Positions 25,770 through 39,440 of a DNA stretch of 64,000 nt are shown here, one piece after another. The stretch lies in the NCBI GenBank assembly GCA_038087875.1, contig CM075991.1, positions 10,356,001 to 10,420,000 on the forward strand, written 5' to 3'. How positions within the stretch are numbered: the stretch's first letter is position 1; the number at the start of each line of letters is the position of its first letter. The notes beneath the pieces are model-generated. The model searched no databases, was not told the DNA's origin, and saw only the letters and a list, made by a program, of their open reading frames with translations. The position numbers and the translations under genes are program-made. This DNA is from Malacoraja senta. Its lineage: Eukaryota.

Positions 25770-26900
25770 AAACTCAGAAATGTTTCAGGAAACCAACCTC
25801 TCATTCTTCCAAACTCGAGTGTATTGGTCTGCTTATCTCTTCTCATGGGATAAACACACCAACCCAAGAATCAATCAGGTGAACATTCCTTACAATTCCT
25901 CTTTTGCACGCATATCCTTCCCTGGTTCAGGAGTCGAGGCTTAGACTTAGTATTCCACGTGTAGACTCACCAAGGCCCCATAATTCCAGTAAATATCTTT
26001 ACTCCTCTATTCAAGTGCATTTGCCATAATGGCCAACATAGCATTTGGCTTCTTAATTCTTTACTGTTGGTGCATATTAATTTTCAAAGATTAACGCTGA
26101 ACACTACCAAAGCCTTTCAATCTCACATAATTTAAATAGTACTCAATGTTTCTACTTTTTTAAACCAGTGGATGGCTTGCCATTGCTCCACATTATATTC
26201 CATATGCCATGCTTTTGCCTATTCATTTTATTTATATCCTTCTGAAACCTCTTCTGCATCCTCCTCACAACTCACACTGCCATCCAGCTTTGCATTATCA
26301 GTGAACAAATACATATCGCTCTTGGTTCCCCTCATTTAAATCATTGTTATAGATTTAAGAACAGCTGGTGCATCAGCACTAATATCTATGGCATGCCAGT
26401 AATCACATCCTCCCAACTAGAAAATGGCTCGTTCAATGCTACACTATTTTCTGTCTTATCACCAATCCTTCGTCCTTGACGGTATTAGTCTATTCTAACA
26501 AAAAAAAATCTTCTGTGGCACCTTAAAGGCATTCCAAAACTCTAAATACGGCATATTTATTCATTTCCCCTTTAACAAGATCCATCAAACACCACTTTCC
26601 TTTATAAACCTTGTTACCCCTCTCCAATGTTATTATTATTATTTCCTAGATCCACTTCCTTAATAATTAGACTTGAACACTTTTGCCACAACTGCTGTCA
26701 AATTACTTGGTCTCTAGTTTCCCTCCATTCTTAAATAGTGTATTCTAGCAGATCTTTCAATCTGTTGGAACTATTGTAGAATCCATGGAATTTTGGAAGG
26801 TTATAACCAGTTACATCTACTATCTCCATCACCATCACCTTCAAAACTATTGGACGCAGACCATTAGATCTTGGGGATTTATCAGTTTTCAGTCCCACTA
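25770..26900 (-). mobile_element. Highly decayed CR1 ORF2 fragment
   Basis: Minus-strand remnants resembling YRALVRPHLEY and the FADDTK region. Confidence 0.55.
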
Positions 26901-28170
26901 TTTTTTGTAGAAATATTTGTATTACTAGCTATATCCACACTATGCCTTTTTAGTTGAAAAAAGATGTCTAACACTTGTAAATTATCTGTTAATCACTTGT
27001 ATGTTTACATACATAACTAACCTTTATGCTATTTCCCAATCTACTTCACACAACCCAACTTCACACCTTTGCACTTGGTTCTGTTCAGAGTTAAGATACT
27101 AGTTTTAGATTGAACAAATTTACTTTCAAACATTATATAAAGTCCATTCTTCCTCAGAGGCTTCAAGGTTAATTCTCTCATTGCATCTTCTTCTGTTGGT
27201 TCCTCCAATGATGATCTAGCAAACCATCTCCTGCACACCCCAGAAAATCATCAACCAATTATTATTGCTGATGAAGAGTCCCAACCCAAATCGTCCCCTA
27301 TCCATGTTCTCCACAGATGCTGCCTGACCAACTGAGTTACTCCAGCATTTTTTTTTGTAAGCCAGCATCTACAGTTCCGCGTTTCTCCAATTATTACTGT
27401 CTGATTTGCCTCTTGCTTCATGAATTACCCTCATTGTATGTGTCTCAAAAATCTGGATTTATTCTATGCCCCATGTTACCCCGATTATTTGGTGGCTCTT
27501 TAGATAACTCCAAAGAATATCTTTTCTTCCTTAAGTCTAACCACACTGGTTATACTGTTTGAAAATCACAAAATGCAGATCTGGTAATCTGCAATAAAAA
27601 GAAACAATGCTAGAAAACTCAGATTAGGCAACATCTATGGGGGGGGGGGGAAAGAGTTAACGTTTCAAGTCCAAAACCCCTCATCAATACTAGGTGACAA
27701 AACAGGTTAATTTTAAATTACAAGTGAAGTAAGGAAGGATTGGATAGGACAAAGGGAGGATGGGGCCAGGTACTGAGAAGGGTCTCAATCCAAAACATCA
27801 CCTATTCCTTTTCTCCAGAGATGCTGACTCGCTGAGTTACTGCAGCCTTGTGTCTTCTCAGCGAGATGATCCCAACATTTATGGAGCTGTCTAGTGACCT
27901 AATAAATGAGGACAGTTAGACAGAAAGAAAGCAAACAAAGAGACATATTAAAGCTGTGAATTACAGATCTGAGCAACCATTTAAACCAGAAACCAAAAGG
28001 TGAATGCTGGAAATGTCCAACACATCAGGGGTGTCTGTGAATGTAGAAAAGCTGAGTTAATGCAGCCAGATGTGTAACATTCGAGCAGTTATAGTTGGTG
28101 CTGGAGGCCACACACAGACAGGTTAGAGTAGAAATGTGTTGGAGAGTTAAGGCGACAGATAAATAGAAGC

Positions 28171-28397
28171 TAGACAAAAATGCTGGAGAAACTCAGCGGG
28201 TGAGGCAGCATCTATGGAGCAAAGGAATAGGCAACGTTTCGGGTCGAAACCCTTCTTCAGACTGCCATCAGTCTGACGAAGGGTTTCGACCCGAAACGTT
28301 GCCTATTTCCTTCACTCCATAGATGCTGCCTCACCCGCGGAGTTTCTCCAGCATTTTTTGTCTACCTTCGATTTTCCAGCATCTGCAGTTCCTTCTT
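28171..28397. mobile_element. Penelope-derived near-perfect fold-back element with two opposed hammerhead-like cores
   Basis: ~93-bp inverted arms around approx. 28265; flanking direct repeat cagataaatagaagct / cagctaaatagaagct. Confidence 0.85.
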
Positions 28398-29756
28398 AAA
28401 CAGCTAAATAGAAGCTCTGGTTTAACTTGTGGATAAATCAGGGGCGCCAAAAGTTTCTTCCAAGCATAGAACGGCTTCAAGAGGTCTGCGATTCCTGGCA
28501 CCACAGGCACATGTTCTCCTCCCACCCTCCAACGTGTCCTGATGAAGGGGTTACGACCTGAAACATTAACTTTGTCTCTCTTCACACAGATGCTGCCTGA
28601 CTCGCTGCCTGATCTTCCGAGCTATGATCCTTGCTCTCTATCCCATCCGTCATAATCAGGGCTACCCTTCCTCCACTGTGTATGTTTGCTTGCATTATAT
28701 TACTGATAATTTACTGTATATTTGTTTGTTGAGGTTGCATTTAATGTGACTGTAAACCTTCAGCAGGCAGCTTTGGTCAGAGTGTATATAACAATTAAAC
28801 ACTCTTGACTCTCTTCCATTTTTACCAATGTCATCTGAAAGGCAAGTAACCCAGAATATTAATTTCCAACCTTGTTCACATTGCCACCTTGTCATCATAA
28901 TACTCTTAAATCATACCCATTTATTTCCATTTGTGCTAATAATTCATCTACCTTATTACAATGCTGCATTCACTCATATAAAGGGCCTTCGATTTGTCCT
29001 CTTAGCATTTGTCTTTTGCGGTATACTCTTATGCTCTGCCCTGACAGATTCTAGATCGCATTACTCATGACAGTCATAAGGAGAGACTGGGTTTTGTTTT
29101 CCCTGGAGCGGACTAGACGGAGGTGTGACCCCATAGAAGTATATAAAACAAAGGGAATAGATTATCTTTTTCCATGGTGTGGGTATAAATGACAAGAGGG
29201 CATAGATTTAAGATGAAAGTTAGCAGATTTACAAAGGGTCTGGGTAAGATTTTCAGACAGATTGGTTGGAGTCCAGGATGCATGCCTGAAGGATGCAGAT
29301 ATTCTCACATTTAAGAATGTGAGACAAATACGTGAATTCCAAGGCGTAGAAGACTACCGACCTAATGCAGGTAAGTGGCATTTGTATAGCTAAATACAAT
29401 GGGCAACATGGACATGTGCTAAAGGTAAACAAAAATGTTGGAGAAACTCAGCGGGTGAGGCAGCATCTATGAAGCGAAGGAAATAGGCAACGTTTCGGGC
29501 CGAAACCCTTCTTCAGACATCAATGTGTGCTAAAGGGCCTGTTTTTGTGTGGTATAACTCCATCCTTCTAAAACGACCTCACTTCTGGTCAAACATCCCT
29601 GTTGATCTTGACTAATAGAGTAATGGTCATTGATTCATACAGTACAGGAACAAGCCCTTTGGTCCAGCTCATCCATGCCAACCAAGATGGACATTAGTCC
29701 CATATCCCTCAATCCATGTACCTGTCTAAATGTCTTTTAAACATTGGAATTGTACC

Positions 29757-30224
29757 CGCTAAGAGACGTCCTGAGCTCCGACGTACCCGCTACGTACATT
29801 CTACATGCTTACCATGAGGTGTTTTTTAAACTCGGGAGAGCTCTTGAATTACCTCCTACAGTGGGACAGGCCCTTTAAGGGCCTGTCCCACTGTACGAGG
29901 TAATTCAAGAGTTCTCCCGAGTTTTCCCCTGATTCGAACTCAGAGAATGTCCGTAGCCAGTCCGTAGGAGTTTGTGGATGTCTCATCGCGGCTCGTAACG
30001 CTAACGGTAGGTACTCGGGACATCCGGTAAACTCGTGACGTTTTTTCAACACTGTGAAAAATGTCCACGAGTTAAAAAAATACTCGTGATGAAAAAAATT
30101 GTTACTTTTTACTCGTACGAGCCGCTACGAACTCCTACGGACCCGCTACGGACATTCTCCAATTTCGAATCAGGGGAAAACTCGGGAGAACTCTTGAATT
30201 ACCTCGTACAGTGGGACAGGCCCT
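29757..30224. mobile_element. Tandem Harbinger-like MITEs: right part of element A (to 29874), then complete element B (29878-30224)
   Basis: Element B has ~60-bp near-perfect TIRs (agggcctgtcccactgtacgaggtaattcaagagttctcccgagttttcccctgattcgaa). Junction ggccct-tta-agggcc. Confidence 0.85.
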
Positions 30225-30520
30225 TAAGAAGACAAAACAAAATGTTGATGTTGTAATCTGGAATATAAAACAAAATACCAGAAGAAGCAAGAGGGCTTAG
30301 AAGCATAAGATGTAAGCTGACACTTCAGATCGATACCCTACATCTTGACCTGGGATGCAAGATCTTGCAACGGTGTAAGTCACTGAAATGGCGACTTACA
30401 CCTTTGCCTCCACAGTTGCTGCTTGACCACCAAGTTTTTCCATCATTCTCTTTTTTGTACTTGCCCTAATATGTCTGATCTGGGTCATGCAGCGAGGAAT
30501 CCAAGGGGAAAAAGAATAAT

Positions 30521-30883
30521 TAGTTTAGTTTCAGAGATCCAGCATGGAAACAGGCACTTCCACCCACCAAGTCCATACCGACCAACGATCATCAGTTAAC
30601 ATTGGTTCTATGTGAACCCACTTCGCATCGGCTCCCTACACATTAGGTCAATGGGTTCTATATTGACACGTTTACCAGCTACAGTGAAATATTTGTTACC
30701 ATACACCTCAGCAAGACAATCCCAGTACATTAGTAGCAATTTACAGGGGACAATAGGATAAGAGAGGAACCCAGAGGAAACCCATGCAGTCACAGGGAGA
30801 ACGTGTAAACTCCACACAGACAGCACCCAAGGTCAAGATTGAATCTAGGCTGCGGATCTACCAGCTGCGCCACTGTGCTGCCT
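30521..30883 (-). mobile_element. HE1-type V-SINE (diverged)
   Basis: Reverse-complement V-domain (aaacccatgcagtcacagggagaacgtgtaaactccacacagacagcaccc) and tail. Confidence 0.7.
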
Positions 30884-33800
30884 TTGTCATGGCTGATTCC
30901 ACCTGCGTGCAGAGAGCTTTTAGTGAGCACAAAGACACGAACCACAGAAACACAAACATTCCTGTCACACGTAAATTCAATTCAAACCTGATGTCCACAA
31001 CATCTCAAAGGGCTGTTGCCAGCTTTGCCTGCAGAAAGTTACAGGCTTTGATGGGAATCCAGTAGCTTGCTGCATGCTATTAATAGGACACAATTATATT
31101 TTGTCGATTTAAATTACTACTTGCGCCCATGTCCTAATATCAGCAAAACAACTCAAATAACATAAATCCCAATACAATTCTTGGTTTCCAATATTTAGAA
31201 ATGGTTTTAATATCCCTTTCTTTAATCCACAGTCAAACGGCCCTCTCACTTTAATTGGACTCCATCTGTCACAGTTTTGCCCACTTAATCTATCCTTTTG
31301 CAACCTCTTGCAGGCTATTTACTGTGCCAGCCCATCAATGTTGTCAGCAAAACTCAGATAAACGGCTCTCTATTCCTTCATCCAAATATTTATAAATATA
31401 GTGGCCGGGTACAGGATATCAGAGCAACAGCCAAGATCAACACAACCCTCCAGCTGGCAGACTGGGTGGAGAACGCTGATTTTCATTCCCTTTAACCAGG
31501 GGAGATGAGAATAATTTTAGTCTCATTACCACCCTGGCTTAGATCAACAGATTGCGATCCACCTTGTCTGACTGCAGAGTTTGTCTGTGTTTTCACGCTG
31601 ATAAACTTTAGATGGGAGCCACCTGAATTTCATTGAATCCTTATCTTGGTGCGAAAGCTGGTAAAGTCATTAAAATGTTGTATCAATGAACAGCAGGGAT
31701 TTACTGCATACGCAGCAAGGTAGAAGTACACTTGCTATGGCTAGCTGAAGAGATTTTTTTAAATAGCTCCGTCTCAACTCTATCCAGCCACTTGGTCATC
31801 TCCAGGTGCAGAAATAACTTTCCTTTCTTCCCATGTAATTCCCGGGGAGACAGATGGCAACCGAGTGGGAAGACAGTCTCTCGCCCCGGAATACAATTAC
31901 TTTCATCTCCAGTGACAAGATATGAATCAGGAGCAGACAGAGAGAGGAGACTTGCTTCCTGTGGCTTGTAAGGACCCATTCAAATAAGTGTGGCTAGCTT
32001 GACAAGCAGAGAACGTCATTTAACTTTGCTTCAGATGGATTCGTCATTCAGACTGCTTGCACCATTCACAGCAGGGTGTTTTATGAACATACGTATGTCA
32101 TAGATGTGGCTCCTGCGTCATTCAATTTCTCTACCTCAAATCCATTTTCCCATGAGATTCTCGTATACCCTCTATGTCCAAAATGCTCTCCAAATCTGCC
32201 TTCAATAGTCTGGAAACAGAAAAGCTTGGTAATATTGCAGTTAGATAAGGAGAGGGAGGTTTTTTGGGTCAGAAACTTTCCATCAATGAGAAAACTCAGG
32301 ACTAAAACAAGTTTTTAGTTTTGGAGAAAGGGGGGAGGAGACAGAGAGGCCAATTGGGTAGGAATGCAGGAGAGTTGAGTAGGAACATTTGAATCATACA
32401 AGTGGTGGTGGTGGTGGTGTCAGCTGAAAGTCAGTGGTAAAGGCTCGTGAATAATGGAAGGCATGCCTGGTACAAATAGGAGATTAAATTAAAGTAAACT
32501 AGTAGAGGAGAGAGAGTAAAGAAATTAAAATATTGGAACTACATGATACAAGCTGGTATGGCTGGTAATCTACACTTTGGGATAATAAATATAATCTATT
32601 TCCCTGGGTAGCAAGGGAAAGCAAAATGATAAACGGTATGGATATCAGTCTGAAGAAGGGTTTCGGCCTGAAACGTTGCCTATCTCCTTCGCTCCATAGA
32701 TGCTGCTGCACCCGCTGAGTTTCTCTACGACTTTTGTCTACCATGGATATCGGCAAGATGGAAGAGGGGATGAGTCATCCGAGCATCTGCTGGAACCTTG
32801 AACAAAACGCCAAGTGTTGGAGTAACTCAGCAGCCAGAAACCTTCGGTGGAGGGAATGATTTGGGGACATTTGAGATCCCAATCTGAAACATTGCCTCCA
32901 CAGATGCTGCCTGACTGTTGAGTTACTCCAGCTCTGTGTTTTGATTGGGGGTAAATAAATGATTTTATCTCCTCGAGAACATTCAAAAAGTAATACTTGT
33001 TTCTCTGTCAATCTCCTCAAAACTGCCGGCAACATCTACTGAATACAAGACTTGGAAAAGTAAATGAAATGTAAATTAACAAGTTTGAAATGAATGTCCC
33101 TGGTATAGCTTGTATTGTGGTTCTGTGTGGCCATTCAAGGGCGAAGCTAAAAGAGCAGGTATTGTACGTCTTCCAATTGCAGGGGAAGGTGATACTGGAA
33201 TAGGAATGGGTATTAGTGGATATGGGATAGTGCAGAACGATGCAGAGGGGATGTTCTCTTGGTAATACTGAAAAGGGAAGATCGAGTGGTGAATCTGGTC
33301 TCGTGGTATCATCAGTTCGAAGGTATCATCAGGTCAAAAGTTAGAGAGGATGATCAATTGAAAGTGCAGGCAAGGGGGAGGCAAAGATAGGAGAGGTTGC
33401 TTTATCTGGTTAGGCGGAGAGGTTAGACACAAACTGCTGGAGTAACTCAGCAGATCAAGCAGCACCTCTGGAGAAAAAGGATGGGTGACGTTTCGGGTCG
33501 ATGCCCTTCTTCAGACTGAAAATACAGGGGAGGGAACTGGAGGTGCGTGGGGAACAAAGTTCAGTAAATAAAACATTGGGAGGTGGCCCTGTCAACTATG
33601 ACGGAGATAAAACTAGAGTTGAGGGAAATATTCTCATTAATTACTCAACCACGGGCAACCAGGTGGGAATTTCCAAAAATTCACAACCTTCCAAGTTAGA
33701 AAATTCCATCTCAGCCTAAAAATAATAACGTTCTTAAGAATGTTATGATTCCTATGACCTCATTCTTCTGAACTAGAGAAAATGTAGGTCCAGTCTATTA

Positions 33801-34709
33801 AATGGGGAACTTAGAACCACCGGTGATTTACAGTTATAATATGAAAAATTCTGCGTTCATTCATGATGTAATCTAGAAGGAAAAGAAACCCACAACCCCC
33901 CCCCCTTCCTCCCCCCCCACCCACACCCCGCAAAATCAAATCTCTCACAAGTTAACAATGTACAATTTTAATACTTTTAAGCAATTATATTCTGCCACAA
34001 TGATTGACCTTCATGTTTATAACTGCTTAATGAGTATCACCTAATATCAGCTGGTACAGTTGAGAAACTATTCCCTTATCGAGTTCACGTGCTGACTGCA
34101 GCATCTGTGATGCTTCACATTAGCTGCCACATTTCATCAAACACTTCCATTTAGAGCTTGGGCCGAATGACTCATCAGATATAAAAACAATTTGAAAACA
34201 TAATCTGTGGACATAAGGTGATAAAGATATAATTCTCTAGTTTTAAGATAGTATATGATTCTCACTCCAATCTGAACTGCTGCTTCACAAGACAAGAAAA
34301 AAAAATCAAGACAATAGCGTGAATGACAGATTTGTGCTCTTAGATTGTTCTGATTGGGGGGGGGGGGGGTTGTAGGGAGCTCCGTTTTTCAGCACGGCTT
34401 TGAACATTTCTTTCTTGGAAACCTCACTGCACCGAGTTGACAGCTGCACCTCCAACAAGAAAGATACAGCAGTGCAACACAGTACCCTTAGCTACCAGAC
34501 CACATGTTAAACCACTGCTCGTTCAGACAGGATTTGAAGGTGCACCAGATGCTTCAAACAGCCGACTCGTTTTACTGCAAGAAAGGGTCTGTACTGCAAC
34601 GAGGTGAAACAAGAATGCATTTTGTGCAAGCTTTGCTCACTGTACCTTTGGTCTGTGCAGTGTTTTTAACAGTACTGCTCTTGCAAATGTAAAAGAACAC
34701 TGTCCAGCT

Positions 34710-35048
34710 AAAAATCGTGAGAGGAATAGATCGGGTAAACGTACAGAGTCTCTTGCCCAGAGTAGGGGAATCATGAACCAGAAGACATAGGTTTGAGGTG
34801 AGGGGGGAAAGCTTTAATAGGAACTTGAGAGGCAACTTCATTTTTTACACAAAGGGTGGTGGATGTATGGAACGAGCTGCCAGAGGAGGTAGTTGAAACT
34901 GATACTATCGCAACGTTTAAGAAACATTTAGACAGGTACATAGGTAGAATAGGTTTAGAGTGAAATGGGCCAAATGCAGACAGGTTGGACTAGTTGATCA
35001 GTGTGGGAAAGTTGGGCCGATGGACCTGTTCCACACTGTATGATTCTA
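34710..35048 (+). mobile_element. CR1 LINE 3' fragment
   Basis: Homologous to 21460-21804. Confidence 0.8.
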
Positions 35049-36804
35049 ACAGAATATGAGAATGTACACCCAAACCGCAGTCAACTACAGTTCATTACGC
35101 CACTCTGATGACTTACTTGTTGACTCAGTGTCAACGGTTTTATGCAGATTCTTATACAGTAAATATTTCATAAATTGCTAGCACACAAATTAAAGAATGG
35201 GAAGACAGAAAAGGCATATCAGGAGATAAGGTGGACAAAAGCAGCTTGTTACAATTGTCAAGAATATATATTTAGAAAAATCAATAATTAAACAATAATA
35301 GAATATCAATATTTTGGGTCCAGTGGAAAAACCTTTACCTTGATTGCCTTCAACAATAAATTCAACATTCTTGTTCCCATCCCCACAACAAGCTCCATTC
35401 TAGAATCCTCAGATATATATTACTACTCCAATACCGACTTCTTGCACTCCAAATTTCTGTTGGCCTACCAATGACAAAGAAATATAGAAAGGAACAGGAA
35501 TCACCAATTTAGCCTCTTGTGCCTGTCCCACCCTCTAGTACAAGTATCATGCTCTACCTTAATACCATATTCCTGTGTAGGAACTGCAGATGCTGGTTTA
35601 CGCCGAAGATAGACAACAACAAAAATGCTGGACAGGCAGCATCTCTGGATAGAAGGAAAAGGTGACTTTTCGGGTCTCAACCTGAAATGTCACCCATTCC
35701 ACCTATCCAGAGACACTGCCTGTCCCACTGAGTTACTCCAGCATTTTGTGTCTATCTACCTATTCCTGTGTTCTCCCTAAACCCCCAACATGAGAATGCA
35801 ACACCTTGTTCTCAACATCCCAGCTGGACGAAACATCCTCCCTACTTCCAATCTGGCAGAGAGGGGCTAGCAAGAGGAAGGGAAGGGGTTAGGGTTGGGG
35901 GTTTGGAGGGGATGGGAAGAGGGTGAGGGGGCAAATGGGGGAGCTTGCATATAATATTTTGAAGCTTGCTTACAAATGGATTCTAATTATTTAATCTCCT
36001 GCAACAACATTTTACACCCTACCCACACTGTATCCCATCTTTATGCAGCCTTTCATTTGCCAAGAACATGGTCTGAATTCTGGCCATCTTTCTAACAGTC
36101 TTTATCTCATTGGGCCAGTTCACTGCATCTTTCAGTTCGGATGGATTTCAGCGGCTTCTCATTCCTCATCTCACTGCATTCCCCTTTACATGTGCACTCA
36201 CCCCATTCTGATCTTGCATATTTCTAGTGATGTCACTAAGACCTAGAACAAACTATCAAATAATCTAGAAGCGATTTGTCTGAAAAAGGATCTCGCCCCA
36301 AAACGTCACCATTCCTTCTCTCCAGAGATGCTGCCTGTCCCGGCTAAGTTACTCTAGCTTTTTGTGTCTATCTTCGGTTTAAACCAGCATCTGCAGTTCC
36401 TTCCTACACAAATAATCTACCTCGTACTTTTATGTTTGACTATCTTCAATCCATACTCCAGTACAGTAACTCTGAGCCAAAGATATTAGAACCAGATACA
36501 AATCCAACTGCAAGTTCATCCCATGCCATCTCGTGTTCCACATGCCGTTGCCCACACCCGCAACATGCACTTCCACCACCTCATTTAGATTCTTGATACA
36601 TTTTCATCTACATTTAGTAAGCTATTTGTTTACTCATTAACGTATACCAATGACAGTTTAACAAGATAGTAATTTGGGGGGGCGGCACAGTTGCACTGCG
36701 GTAGAGTTGCTGCCTTACAGCGCCAGAGACCGGGTTCAATCCTGACTACGGGTGCTGTCTGTATCTGTGTCTCTAAACTAAACTAAACTGACGTGATCAC
36801 TTGT

Positions 36805-37497
36805 GTTAAAGAAGGAACTGCAGATGCTGGAAAATCGAAGGTACGCAAAAATGCTGGAGAAACTCAGCGGGTGCAGCAGCATCTATGGAGCGAAGGAAAT
36901 AGGCAACGTTTCAGGCCGAAACCCTTCTTCAGACTGATAGGGGTGGGGAGAAGAAAGGGAAAAAGGCGGAGGAGAAGCCCGAGGGCTGGGGAGGGAGGAG
37001 ACAACCAGAGGGCTGATGAAGGGGAGGGGACAGCAAGGGCTAGCAGAATTGGGAGAATTCAATGTTCAAGCCCCCAGGATGTAGACTGCCCAAGCGGAAT
37101 ATGAGGTGCATTTCCTCCAATTTCCGGTGTTGCTCGCTGTGGCCATGGAGGAGACCCAGGACAGAGAGGTCAGATACGGAATGGGAGGGGGAGTTGAAGT
37201 GCTGAGCCACCGGGAGGTCAGGTTGGTTATTGCGGACCGACCGGAGGTGTTTCGGCGAAACGATCGCCAAGCTCCGCTTGGTCTCACCGATGTAGATCAG
37301 CTGGCATCTAGAGCAGCGGATGCAATAGATGAGGTTCGAGGAGATGCAGGTGAACCTCTGTCGCACCTGGGACGACTGCTTGGGTCATTGAATGGAGTCG
37401 AGGGGGGAGGTGAAGGGACAAGTGTTGCATCTCTTGCGGTTGCAAGGGAAAGTACCCCGGGGAGGGGGTGGTACGGGAGGGAAGGGAAGAATTGACA
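36805..37497 (-). mobile_element. Penelope-like retroelement 3' part: Cys-rich motif plus GIY-YIG endonuclease (frameshifted) plus hammerhead-like tail
   Basis: FTCISSNLIYCIRCSRCQLIYIGETKR...LPVAQHFNSPSH...RKLEE..LIFRLGSLHPGGLNIEF (37040-37366) is the GIY-YIG signature. Tail at 36805-36936. Confidence 0.92.
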
Positions 37498-38849
37498 AGG
37501 GATGTGATCACTTTCTGCCTTGAGCTTACACAAGCCACTGCAAGTGTTGGATGCAAAACAGCACATTCTCCTTCCTCTGCTCCAAATTACCATGCGTATA
37601 AGATTCTGTTTAGAAATTCCACAAGACCATCAGCAGATAACCCTTAATTTTACAATTGAGTCACCACGATAGTGCCCAGACAGCTTCTTGCCTGCAGTAA
37701 TTACTCTCTACTTAAAATTATAAGTAGGTTTAATAAGAAAACAAGGAGACAAGGTTTCCTGTGGCAGGCGGGGGGGGGGGGGGTGGGGTGGGGGGGATAG
37801 TAACCACATGTAAAATGATTAGCAAAAGAACAAGATGACTCGGAGATGCAAGGCTTTCATTCATAATTGCATAATTCTGCTTTTTTTTTTTAAACGTTTG
37901 AGAAACATTTAGACAGGTGCATGGGTAGGATAGTTTCAGAGGAATATGGGCCAAACGCAGGCAGGTGGAACCTGTATAGGTCAGCATGGGCTAGTTGGGC
38001 CGGAGGGCCTATTTCCACACTATACGATTCTTAATTATTTGAAATTAGTGGGAAAAGATAAGACGACAATTTCTGGACAACCCACTTTATTGCTGAACAT
38101 TTTACAAGACAGGAAGGAAAAAAAAGAATATATTCGGTGAAAATATCCACAATGGAGCAGCATAGGCGTGGACGTTTTGTTGACATGCCCAACCAAATGT
38201 TTCCATTCAACCTGCATCTGCTTTGAGATCAGAAAGTTAACAAATTTAAGTTGTGAAGAGTTAACTAATGTTACAAATGCACTATGAAACATAAATTGGC
38301 TTGATGTTAGGAAGCAGGGGTGATGGTGTGAGGTCGTTTTTTGGACAGGAGGCCAGTAACTAGCGGTGTGCCAAGGAGATAAGTGCTGGCTCATCATCCA
38401 GCATTTATTTCAACTATTTGAATGAGAACATAAAAGGCATGGTTAGTAAGTTTAATGATGACAATAAAAGAGGCGGTGTCATAGATAGTGAATGCGGTTA
38501 TTAACAAATACAGCAGGACCTTCACCAGCTAGCTCACTGACCGAGGACAGGAATAACAAATGTCGTTCCATTCAGGCAAGTGTGAGGAGTTGAATTTTGA
38601 CAAGTCAAAGGCACGACTTCCAGTCCATGGTAGGGTCCTGGGCACAGTTGTAGAACAGAGGGACCAATAATTGTATGTAAGTGGCGTCATAATACTTCAT
38701 GATGGGGAAAGCAACATTTGAACTGCCGGTCTTCATTAGTCAGTGCATTGAGTGTAAGGGTTAGGACGTTATGTCGTACAAGACACTGGTGGGACGTACA
38801 AGACATTGGTGGGACGTAACTGTGGAGTGCTGTGGGTTATCCTACAATA

Positions 38850-39440
38850 GTTGTACAGGGCCTTGGTGAGACCACACCTGGAGTATTGCGTACAGTTTTG
38901 GTCTCCTAATCTGAGGAAAGACATTCTTGCCATAGAGGGAGTACAGAGAAGGTTCACCAGACTGATTCCTGGGATGGCAGGACTTTCATATGAAGAAAGA
39001 CTGGATAGACTCGGCTTGTACTCGCTAGAATTTAGAAGATTGAGGGGGGATCTTATAGAAACTTACAAAATTCTTAAGGGGTTGGACAGGCTAGATGCAG
39101 GAAGATTATTCCCGATGTTGGGGAACTCCAGAACTAGGGGTCACAGTTTAAGGATAAGAGGGAAGTCTTTTAGGACCGGGATGAGAAAATCATTTTTTAC
39201 ACAGAGAGTGGTGAATCTGTGGAATTCTCTGCCACAGAAGGTAGTTGAGGCCAGTTCATTGGCTATATTTAAGAGGGAGTTAGATGAGGCCCTTGTGGCT
39301 AAAGGGATCAGGGGGTATGGAGAGAAGGCACGGATGGGATACTGAGTTGGATGATCAGCCATGATCATATCGAATGGCGGTGCAGGCTCGAAGGGCCGAA
39401 TGGCCTACTCCTGCACCTAGTTTCTATGTTTCTATGTTTC
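38850..39440 (+). mobile_element. Young CR1 LINE 3' fragment nested in an older CR1 (approx. 38310-40035)
   Basis: Uninterrupted YRALVRPHLEYCVQFWSP...FFTQRVVNLWNSLP ORF (38851-39345), 3' UTR with (tttctatg)n tail. Confidence 0.93.

Noticed and set aside
37040..37366. Domesticated or stand-alone GIY-YIG nuclease gene
   Set aside because: Frameshifted, 5'-truncated and followed by the standard Penelope tail; decayed paralogues at 13.4 and 20.5 kb.
38851..39345. Intact 164-aa ORF as a host gene
   Set aside because: It is the CR1 ORF2 C-terminus from a 5'-truncated insertion; multiple copies occur in the window.
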